From a virus: 64,000 nt of DNA. Positions 8,878 to 17,100 of the stretch are shown here, one piece after another. The stretch is from positions 19,296 through 83,295 of IMG/VR virus record IMGVR_UViG_3300045975_000444. One strand, written 5' to 3'. A program made the position numbers and the translations under genes. The stretch's first letter is position 1, and every line of letters starts with the position of its first letter. The notes below the pieces were generated by a model that saw nothing but the letters and a program-made list of their open reading frames with translations, did no database searches and was not told the DNA's origin.

Positions 8878-9423
8878 ATGAGCGAGGCAGAAGCGGCCGA
8901 GGAGCTGGAGAGCGAAGGCCCGCCCAGAGTGAAGCGCAAGCGCGCCATGCTCCAGCACCCGATGGACAGGTTCCTGTCGCTGATCGCCGCCGTCGAGCGC
9001 GCCAAGGGCACGCGCTGCGTTCAGCGGGTCATCCTGGAGGCGACCGAGCCCGAGGGCTGGACGATCACGATCGACCTGCTCGACGACGAGCACGGGCGAA
9101 AGCGCGAGTCGATGCACTACGACTCGCCCGACGAGCTGGCCGGGACGCTCTTTCGGAGCATCATGGCCGAGTTTGGCGCGATCCTCTCGGCGCGCGCCCG
9201 CGAGGCCGAGGAGGAGCTGATGCGCTGCCGCTCGGCGATCGTGCGGACGCTGCCGCCCTCCGAGCGCGTCCCGGTGACCACCCGGCGCCGCGCCCGCCGG
9301 GCGAGCGTCGCGGCCAAGCCCAGGCGCCGCCGCCACCCGGTCGCGCCCGAGCCCGAGACCAGCGAGGTCGACTCGCACCCGCTGCCCTTCGAGACGCCAC
9401 CCGAGCCGAGCGACGGCCCGTGA
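8878..9423 (+). CDS. hypothetical protein
   Basis: GAGGAG before ATG 8878; GC3 bias. Confidence 0.6.
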   Translation: MSEAEAAEELESEGPPRVKRKRAMLQHPMDRFLSLIAAVERAKGTRCVQRVILEATEPEGWTITIDLLDDEHGRKRESMHYDSPDELAGTLFRSIMAEFGAILSARAREAEEELMRCRSAIVRTLPPSERVPVTTRRRARRASVAAKPRRRRHPVAPEPETSEVDSHPLPFETPPEPSDGP

Positions 9424-9481
9424 TCGAGGCGGCCCGCGTCCGATCCGGCGTCGGACGCGGGCCGAGCTTCGCGCCCTGCCG

Positions 9482-9631
9482 ATGAAGCGCCGCCGCTGGG
9501 CGATAACCCGCGACTTCCTGGCCGGCCGCTCCATCGTCGGGATCGCGCGCAAGTACGCCATGCCCGCCGCCGCGGTCGAGCGGCTGATCCGAAAGCTTCT
9601 AGGGGAGCGCGCCCTGGAAAGGCGTCGCTAG
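9482..9631 (+). CDS. small HTH protein (49 aa)
   Basis: MKRRRWAITRDFLAGRSIVGIARKYAMPAAAVERLIR resembles a DUF433/Mor-type HTH; absent from the ORF track. Confidence 0.5.
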   Translation: MKRRRWAITRDFLAGRSIVGIARKYAMPAAAVERLIRKLLGERALERRR

Positions 9632-9845
9632 CGCTTCGGCCGCTCGCGGTCCCTTCGGGTCGAAGACCGCGCCGTCGAAGATGGCGCCGCGCAGGTCGGC
9701 GCCGCGGAAGTCGGCGCGCACCGCACGACGTAAAGCTTCCTTTTCGACCCCGTAGCGCAGTTCGCGATTGCACGTCAAGCCGCTGTGTCTTACATTGCTT
9801 GCTCCGCGCCGCAGTGTCGCAGCGTCCGCCAGAAAGAGAGGACCG

Positions 9846-10265
9846 ATGCCGAGGAAGTATTCCAGTCGCCTGATCCAGGTACTCGCCGCGATCGCGATCG
9901 CGATCGTGATCAGCCGGTGCCTGCGGCGCACAATCGACCCCGAGCCGCCCGCGCCGCGTGCGACCGCGCAGCCGATGGCCGCCAAGCGCCTGGCCGATGC
10001 CCGCCCGGCCGAGCCCGCGCCGAGCGCGCCCGACCTGGACCCCGAAGTCGCGGCCACCCTCACCCTGGGCTCGCCCGACCCGGCCGAGGTCGCCGGAGAC
10101 GGCCCGCGACGCTGGCAGCGCCGGCTCGTCGACCAGTTCCTTCGCGACATGGAGCGTCGCGGACCCCAAGCGATGCCCCGCACGGCGGAGCCCCCGAGCA
10201 AAGAGACCGTGGCCCGATTCACCGCCGAGATGACGGCCGCCATGGAAGAAAGGACCGACCCTTGA
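9846..10265 (+). CDS. membrane-anchored hypothetical protein
   Basis: GAGGA RBS; N-terminal TM LIQVLAAIAIAIVI; downstream of TTGCAC-N17-TACATT promoter at 9768-9796. Confidence 0.6.
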   Translation: MPRKYSSRLIQVLAAIAIAIVISRCLRRTIDPEPPAPRATAQPMAAKRLADARPAEPAPSAPDLDPEVAATLTLGSPDPAEVAGDGPRRWQRRLVDQFLRDMERRGPQAMPRTAEPPSKETVARFTAEMTAAMEERTDP

Positions 10266-10597
10266 AGAAGCTCGTGACCACCTTGACCCTCGCCGCCGCG
10301 CTCGCCGCGGCCGCGCCCGCCTCCGCCTACTTCCTGACCTGCAACGAGTACCGTCTTGCCGTGATCTCGGGCGACGAGCGCCTCGGGGCGATCGCCTTCG
10401 GGCAAGCATTCGGCGTCTCCGACATGCTCGCGACCCTGCTCTGCTTCGCCGGTGACCGGCGCTGCGGGTGCCTCCAGAACTTGACCGACCGCGCGGGCGA
10501 CTACGGCGGCGCCGTCGGCCGCCTGATCGCCAGGTGCCCGGCCAACAGCCCGGCCGTCGGCCAGATCTTCAACGCCGCGCTCGAAGTCTGCCGCTGA
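10262..10597 (+). CDS. secreted Cys-rich protein, Rap1a/Tai-like immunity fold candidate
   Basis: TTG start overlapping the previous stop; signal peptide KKLVTTLTLAAALAAAAPASA; six Cys; GQAFGVSD resembles the GY.xGV.D motif. Confidence 0.5.
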   Translation: MKKLVTTLTLAAALAAAAPASAYFLTCNEYRLAVISGDERLGAIAFGQAFGVSDMLATLLCFAGDRRCGCLQNLTDRAGDYGGAVGRLIARCPANSPAVGQIFNAALEVCR

Positions 10598-10603
10598 TGC
10601 GGG

Positions 10604-10653
10604 AGGACGCGAGCGCGTGCGGCCTGAGAGGAGAGCGCACGCGCTCGCGTCCT
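10604..10653. terminator. 18-bp perfect hairpin between convergent transcription units
   Basis: AGGACGCGAGCGCGTGCG (10604-10621) / CGCACGCGCTCGCGTCCT (10636-10653). Confidence 0.7.
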
Positions 10654-10709
10654 GGAGAAGCGGAGGCGCCACCCGTTCCGCTCCTCTTGTGCTTTGGTCC
10701 GCGCGGGCG

Positions 10710-11063
10710 CTAGCGCCGCCGTCGCCCGTGCGAGTGCTCGTCCTCCTCGTCCTCGGAGGCTCCCCTGGCGACCGATCCACCGCCGCTCGCCCGCTCTGGC
10801 TCCTTTTTCGCCCCTTCCGCCTTCGCGGCCGCCTTCCTCATCACCTCGGGCGCGGTGCCGTCGAACGTGAGCCCGAGATCGCCGTCGACGATGGAGGCCT
10901 CGGCCTTGCCGACCGCCTCGATCTCCTCTCCGGTCATGCCCGAGCGGACGGCGAAAAGCGCCCCGCCGAGCCCACTGTCGCCGTAGGCCGCGACGATCGC
11001 AGCCATGGCCTCGGCCGCTGTCCCTGGGACCTCCATCCGAATGCCCATGTCGCCGTCTTGCAT
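10710..11063 (-). CDS. hypothetical protein, downstream of the capsid paralog
   Basis: GGGGAGAGG upstream; 117 aa; acidic/basic tail. Confidence 0.6.
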   Translation of the reverse strand: MQDGDMGIRMEVPGTAAEAMAAIVAAYGDSGLGGALFAVRSGMTGEEIEAVGKAEASIVDGDLGLTFDGTAPEVMRKAAAKAEGAKKEPERASGGGSVARGASEDEEDEHSHGRRRR

Positions 11064-11081
11064 TGACGCGCCTCTCCCCCT

Positions 11082-12107
11082 TTACGTCAGCTTGCAGATC
11101 ATGGTCGGCTGCACGACGCCGACTCCGAAGCGGGCCATCGCCCGGATCGCCACGCCCCCCGCCGTCCAGGCCTCGGGGAACTCGCCGGTCGCCTCGAAGG
11201 CGGGCGCCGTGCGAAGCCCGACGACCGTCGCCCGCTTGAACGCCCCGACGACCCCCTTGACGGTGCCGAGCCAGTCCTGGGCGACCACTACGGCCGGGCG
11301 GCCGCCGATCGAGCCGCCGATGGTCGGCAGCTCCGCCAACTGCGAGAGCGAGTCGAGCGCGCCGATCGTCGCCGGGATGATCGCCTGAGAGGTCTTCATG
11401 CTGTCGAAGGCCTCGACCGAGAGCACCCAGACGACCGTCGTGATGGCGGCCGGGTTGAGCGCTTCGAGCGCCGACTTGGGCGAGGTCGCCGCCGTCGCCG
11501 AAGCGCCGGCCTTCTTGATCACGCCGTCGATCTGATCGGTCCCGGCGGTGTCGCCTTCGAGGTAGACGCGATCGATCTCATCGAGCAGCGCATCCAGGAA
11601 GATCTGCCCGAGCTGGGCGACACCGTCGCCCGAGAGCGGCCCCGAGATATCCTCGACGAGTTCGCCCGAGGCGATCGACCACACGACCGCCGTCTTGGCC
11701 TGGATCTCGACCGGGGTGGCTTCCCAGACCGGGTCGGAGATCGCCGCGGCGTCCCCCTCGGAGGTCTGCCAGCGCACCGTCGGGAGCCCGGTCGGCGTGA
11801 GCGACGCGGCGACCACCTTCGGCCCGGCCATCGGCAGCACGCGGGCGACCTGGAAGGCGAGCGAGTGCCGCCTGGCATACGTCCAGGTCGCCGGGAAGAC
11901 GTGCGTGCCCGCCGGGACCGCCGTCGTATCGGCGCGAAAGCGCTCGGTCTCGACCGACGGGGGATCGGCGTCGGCCGAGAGCCCGAGCGCCGCTCGCCGA
12001 AACGCCTGACCCGCCGCGTAGCAGGCGACCCGATCGAAGCGATCGCCCTCGAAGGGCTCCGCCGAGATGACCGCCGCCTCCAGCCGTTCGAGAAGGTCGT
12101 TCGTCAT
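11082..12107 (-). CDS. second HK97-fold major-capsid-like protein
   Basis: aligns by eye with 40820-42193: QAKTAVVWSIASGELVED vs NAKTVMAVDKISGEYLED; LGQIFLDAL..EIDRVYLEGD..DQIDGVI vs LGRIYLEAM..EETRVALVGN..DPFNGVV; WTAGGVAIRAMARFG vs WTSGSMGIRVAQRIG. Confidence 0.8.
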   Translation of the reverse strand: MTNDLLERLEAAVISAEPFEGDRFDRVACYAAGQAFRRAALGLSADADPPSVETERFRADTTAVPAGTHVFPATWTYARRHSLAFQVARVLPMAGPKVVAASLTPTGLPTVRWQTSEGDAAAISDPVWEATPVEIQAKTAVVWSIASGELVEDISGPLSGDGVAQLGQIFLDALLDEIDRVYLEGDTAGTDQIDGVIKKAGASATAATSPKSALEALNPAAITTVVWVLSVEAFDSMKTSQAIIPATIGALDSLSQLAELPTIGGSIGGRPAVVVAQDWLGTVKGVVGAFKRATVVGLRTAPAFEATGEFPEAWTAGGVAIRAMARFGVGVVQPTMICKLT

Positions 12108-12141
12108 GGCCCCGAAGCCTCCACCCGAGCGGGCCGGTTTC

Positions 12142-12510
12142 TTAGGACGCCCGGCGGGTCTTCTGCTCGCGGATCAGCGCCGCCATGGCCGACGCCGCAA
12201 TCGACAGGTCGTCGATGGTCGTATCGCTCCTAAATCCCTTGCCGATCGCCTTGGCGCCTTCGCCGAGGACCCGGAGAAGGTTCTCGACTGCGCCCGGCGG
12301 CACTTCGAGCCGATAGGGCAGGTCGGCCGTCGTGAGCGGACGCGCGCAGAGCTGGCACTGGTCGCCCTTGTCCGGGTCGGGCACGTGCCAGCCGGCCCGG
12401 CATGGAGGCAGCTCGCGGCGCTTTAGGTCGGCCGTGATCTCGGCCGGCATGACGACGCCGTCGTCCTCGGGCGGCCAGTAGGACTTGACCTCACGCATTG
12501 CCTCGCTCAT
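12142..12510 (-). CDS. hypothetical protein with Cys/His cluster
   Basis: CRAGWH...CQLC. Confidence 0.6.
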   Translation of the reverse strand: MSEAMREVKSYWPPEDDGVVMPAEITADLKRRELPPCRAGWHVPDPDKGDQCQLCARPLTTADLPYRLEVPPGAVENLLRVLGEGAKAIGKGFRSDTTIDDLSIAASAMAALIREQKTRRAS

Positions 12511-12520
12511 CTCGCCTCCG

Positions 12521-12787
12521 TCACTGCGACGTCTCGACGTGGGCGTCGAGCGCGACGAACTCCTCGTCGCCGCCGCGCACCCAGACCCTGACCGTCTTCT
12601 TGTCGATCTCCATCTCGACCCGAGTCGGGGTCGCCTTGGCGATGCCGAAGGTCATGGCGATACCGATCGCCTGGCCGGCAAGGAGCGTCAGCTCGGCGAG
12701 CGTCTGATGCCAGCGCGTCATGCGCCCGCGCGGTAGCTCGACCGTCCAGAGCGTCTTCGCCAGCTCCTCGGGCTTCGCCTCGGCCAT
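12521..12787 (-). CDS. hypothetical protein
   Basis: MAEAKPEELAK... 88 aa with GC3 bias. Confidence 0.6.
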   Translation of the reverse strand: MAEAKPEELAKTLWTVELPRGRMTRWHQTLAELTLLAGQAIGIAMTFGIAKATPTRVEMEIDKKTVRVWVRGGDEEFVALDAHVETSQ

Positions 12788-12801
12788 CGCGGGCACCCCG
12801 C

Positions 12802-13113
12802 TCACTGACCGCTGAACGGCGCGACCTCGTGCGGGTCGAGCGAGCGGTTGCAGTAGATGCAGTAGGCTCGGACGTCGAACGTCCCGTGACGCGAGTCGTC
12901 GGTCCTGACCAGCACGACGACGCCGATGTCGCAGACCCGGCACGTGCCAATTGCGTGCGGCCCAGGCGACGCCCGGCCGTTGGTGCGCTCGACCGGCTCG
13001 CGGCCCTCGACCGGCGGGCCGGGGTCGGGGCCGAGCAGCTCCTCCTCGCCCTGGATCATCGGGATCGACGAGCGCTCGCGCGTAACCGTCGGCCGCTCGC
13101 GCTCGCGACTCAC
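12802..13113 (-). CDS. Zn-ribbon protein
   Basis: CRVC...CIYC; GTGA overlap with the upstream gene. Confidence 0.55.
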   Translation of the reverse strand: MSRERERPTVTRERSSIPMIQGEEELLGPDPGPPVEGREPVERTNGRASPGPHAIGTCRVCDIGVVVLVRTDDSRHGTFDVRAYCIYCNRSLDPHEVAPFSGQ

Positions 13114-13526
13114 GCTGCCTCCATGGAGCGACGCTCCGAGAGGCGCGCTCGCGCCTCGTCGAGGACGAGCAGCCCGGCTAAGTGGCAGCGCTTGCGACCG
13201 CGCGCCAGCGACGGCGCTTCGAGCGTGTCGCCGCGGGCGAGCGCGTCGTAGACCTTCTCGCGTATCCACTCGTGATCGATGTCGAAGAGTGAGGCGAGCC
13301 GAAGGAAGCTCGTCTCGGCTCGGGTCTCCTCCGAGTAGAGCCACTGGAAGTCTTCGAGCCATTCGGAGGAGCGGATCGTGCGGCGCGCCTCGAACAGGAC
13401 ACGCATGATCGCTTCGCAGATCATCGCAAAGTAGAGATTCAGCTCAGGCGTCGAGAGCGGTCGCGTCTCCGCGACGTCCAACCCCATGCTCAACCGCGCT
13501 TCTCCTCCTCGCTCGGTTTGCCCCAC
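13110..13526 (-). CDS. conserved phage hypothetical protein (putative transcription regulator)
   Basis: PELNLYFAMICEA...FQWLYSEE...SFLRLASLFDIDHEWIR pattern; true start may be ATG about 13487. Confidence 0.6.
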   Translation of the reverse strand: MGQTERGGEARLSMGLDVAETRPLSTPELNLYFAMICEAIMRVLFEARRTIRSSEWLEDFQWLYSEETRAETSFLRLASLFDIDHEWIREKVYDALARGDTLEAPSLARGRKRCHLAGLLVLDEARARLSERRSMEAA

Positions 13527-13780
13527 TTCTCTTTTGCGAGCATGACGGCAACGACCAGGACCGTCGTCAAGACCGACGCGACCACCGCGCCGATGCCGAT
13601 TGCGTAGTCGAGGAGCCAGACGGCGAAGACCGCGCCGATGCCCATATAGGCGCCCACCCGGATCGCGGTCGGGCCGACATCGGCGGGCAGCGGGCCGTGC
13701 CCGAGCTTGAGCCCACGGGACTCGCCGCCGTCGTCGCCATCGGCCGACGGCGGCCGCTCGCGTCGCCCCCCGATGCGCAT
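13490..13780 (-). CDS. two-TM membrane protein (holin candidate)
   Basis: two hydrophobic helices and a charged C-terminus KEKWGKPSEEEKRG. Confidence 0.45.
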   Translation of the reverse strand: MRIGGRRERPPSADGDDGGESRGLKLGHGPLPADVGPTAIRVGAYMGIGAVFAVWLLDYAIGIGAVVASVLTTVLVVAVMLAKEKWGKPSEEEKRG

Positions 13781-13868
13781 CTCCGTCCCCACGCGTCCGA
13801 CCCCTACAGGTAGTGTATGACGTTGCCCGTATACACTAGATCCGCGGGTCACGTCCAGAGCGCGCGGC

Positions 13869-14147
13869 TCAGGTCGGGTCGAGCTGGGCGCGCTGGCGGA
13901 TCGCCGGGAGGCCGACGAAGCGAAGGCCCAGCTCCAGGTCGGCGAGCATCGGGAAGCCCTCGAAGAGGGATCGCGCGACGACCTCCTCGGTGCCGTCGGG
14001 GTTCCAGATGATCGCCTCGTCCGGGTTCACACCGGCAGTCACAAAGAAAGCGGTGTAGTCCAGCTCGGCCGCGTCCAGCTCGGCGCGCGCCTCCTGGCAA
14101 AGCTCGCAGCCGTGTTGCACGTAGAGGTAGCGCTCCATGGAGATCAT
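13869..14147 (-). CDS. glutaredoxin/NrdH-like redoxin
   Basis: LYVQHGCELCQEARAEL (CxxC) ... GFPML cis-Pro motif ... FVG; ATGA overlap with the fibre gene. Confidence 0.75.
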   Translation of the reverse strand: MISMERYLYVQHGCELCQEARAELDAAELDYTAFFVTAGVNPDEAIIWNPDGTEEVVARSLFEGFPMLADLELGLRFVGLPAIRQRAQLDPT

Positions 14148-17100
14148 GCCTTGACGCAAAATCTCAGCGCGTACACCGGCGGCATGTTCAGCTCGCCGCC
14201 CGACGGGCCGGTCGTCCCCGAGAACGCCGCGAGCGTGCCCGCGAAGGTCGAGACCCCCGACATGGTGAGGGCGTGGCGATGGACGTACTCGACCGGGTCC
14301 TGGCCGTACAGCGGGTAGGGCATGCCTCCGGCGACACCCGGCGTGTTGACGCCGCCGAGATAGGGCGGCCCGAGATGGGCCGAGGGCGCCGTCGTGTAGG
14401 TCGACGGGACCGCCCCGCCGTGATTGTGCGAGGCCGAGTGCGCGTCGAACGTCGTCGCGTGGGCGTGCGTCGTCGCCATGACCGATAGCCCCTGGCCCGC
14501 GGCGGCGCCCTTGAGGAGTCGCTTGGAGGCCGCCCCGTACTCGACCCAGCCGGGCGGGCAGAGGGCGCCGTCGACGAAGCCACCGAGGCCCGTGGCGACC
14601 TGCTGTGTCCCGGCGCTCGCCTTGTGGAAGGCGAGCGAGATCGAGTCGGGCGATGGAGCCGAGGCCGCGCTGATCGTCCCCCCGGCCGCCGTCGCCGTCT
14701 GCGTCGAGGCGTTCGGGATCTGGACGTCGGCGGTGTGGATGTGGTCGTCGGTCGACATCGAGATGTCGTTAGTGCCGAGCGGGACGTCGCGATGGAGCGT
14801 CGTCCCGGCGGCCAGGCCGGTGATGTCCACCGAGGCGCCGATCGAGTGCGCGTGCGTCTCGTTGTGCTGGTGGCTCGGCACGGTGCCGCCGTGGCTGTGC
14901 GTCGCCGGCACGGTCTCGGTCGTCCCCGCCACCCCGGAGAATGCGGTCACCGTCGCGCCCGACGGGTATGACACCCCGGTGACGTCACCCTGGTAGTTCA
15001 GCACGTCGACAGTGACGGTCGAGCCGACCAGGCCTGTCAGGACCCCGTAGTAGCTCGACCCGCCGCTTGTGATCTTCAGGATCTGGTTGCCATGGAGGTT
15101 GGTCGTCGCGGCAACGGTAAAGCTCGCCGTGGCTGTCCCCGGCGTGTGCGCGCCAGTGGTCGTCGTCGCGACGGCGCCGATCCCGGTCTCGACCCGTGGC
15201 ACCTGGCTATCAAGCGTGGTCGCGCGCGTGTAGCCCCCCGGTGCCGTCGCCGACTCCGAGAAGAAGGCCAGGTTCACCGGGACCTGCTCGACCGTGTGCG
15301 CGGTCTTCTTGCAGAGCCGGACCCGCAGGCTGGTCACCGCGTTGCCCGAGGCGATGGTCGAGATCGCCGAGTTCGGCTGGCTCGATACTCCCGAGCCGGT
15401 CATCGCTCCGGTCGCCCACGACCCGGACGGGTTGGTGTGGGTGTGGTCCTGGCGCGCGACTGGCGTGAAAGCCGGCCCGATGACCGCGTTGGTCGCAAGC
15501 TCGTCGCCCGCCGGCACCGCGCCGATCCCGATCGAGCTGATCGTGTGCGTGTGTGCCTGGACCGTGTGCGTGTGGGCGAGCGAGTGCGAGTGCCGCCACG
15601 CCCCGGCCGTCTGGCCCGGCACAAAGCCGCCGCCCGAGTAGGCCCCGGTCAGGTAGTAGTTCTGCGGCGCCGTGTAGGGTTGCCAGTCGGTCGGGCAGGT
15701 GCCGTCGGTCGAGATCAGGATGAGCCCGAGCGGGACCTTCTGCGGCGCGATCTCCAGGCTGTCGGAGATGAGCGGCGTCCGGGTCTCCGCCTCGATCTCG
15801 ACCGTCCGCATGCTCTTCTGGACGGCGACCCGGCGGATCGAGTAGATCGGCATCTCGTCGGAGCCAATGACCTTGCGGAAGGCCGAGTCGTCGAGCAGGA
15901 CGTCGCCGACCGCCGGACGCCGCCAGCCGATCAGCTCGGTCGTCCGGAGCCGGAAGCGCGGCTGCGAGAAGTAGCGCACGACCGCCGCGGCGATGCCCGC
16001 GGCCGAGTCGGAATCGGCCACGACCGTCTCGGTCCCGAAGTCGGCCCGCCCCGAGCCCGGCGAGGCGAACTTCGCGTAGCTCGTCGCCGCCCCGGCGAGG
16101 TCGCCGTCGGTCAAGAGCACGGCCGGGTTCAGGGCCGCCAGTGGGTTGACCGACACCTGGACGCGCGCCTGGAAGTAGGCCTCCTCGTCCTCCTCCGAGA
16201 GTGTCTCGGTCCGCCGGTTCCGCGACACGACCGCGACCGGCCAGATCTCGAAGTTGTCGACCAGAATGGAGAGCGAGGCCGTATCGTTGAAGGCCGGGAA
16301 GAGGCCGATCGTCGTCGTCCCGACCTCGTCCTCGTCTAGCTCCATCCAATGAACGAGCCGCTTCCATGCCGTGTTGGTAAGCTCGAAGGCGGGCGAGATC
16401 TTGGGGTCGTAGCCGTCGGAAGGCCGCACGACCGCGACCCGGACCTTCATGCCGATGCCGGTCTTGAGCGCGGCCAAGAGCGAGGCCGCGATCGCGAAGC
16501 CCGGCTTGCGCATGGATACCGTCTGGAAGAGCAGCGCGTAGGCGTTGCCGCCGTTGCTGATCTCTACGGCCCGCGTGCCCTCGTAGGTCGGCGAGGTCGT
16601 GACCGCCGAGGTCAAGGCGTTGTACCCTACCCAAGGCCAGATGTCGGTCCCCGACGACTCGAAGCCGGGGTTGGTCGCGAGCTGCTGCGCCGAGAAGTCG
16701 AGCACGCCCGCGTTGACCCGCCCCGCCGGCAGCTCGCTCCGGATGCCGAAGGCCTGCGCGAGGGTCTGCGCGACCGCGTCGCCGATCGAGATCGTCTCGT
16801 TGAAGTAGACGCCGACCTTGGGCGGCGCCGGGATGGTCGCGCCACCCGAGAGGCGGCGGCGCCAGATACGGTCGTAGTCGATGAACGATTGCTCGTCGAT
16901 CTCGCCGGCCGGGACGTTCCCCATGCGCATGATCGCGCGCGCAATCTCGCCAGGGAACCTGAGCCCACGCGACGCCGAATCGCCGGGGATGGAGCGGGTA
17001 CCCCAGACCTCGGCGTAGACGACGTCGGGCGGGTTGTTCGGGTCGGCGAACCACGTGTTGACGATGCCGAGCCCGGCGTTGTTTGGGTCCTTGGTGATGC

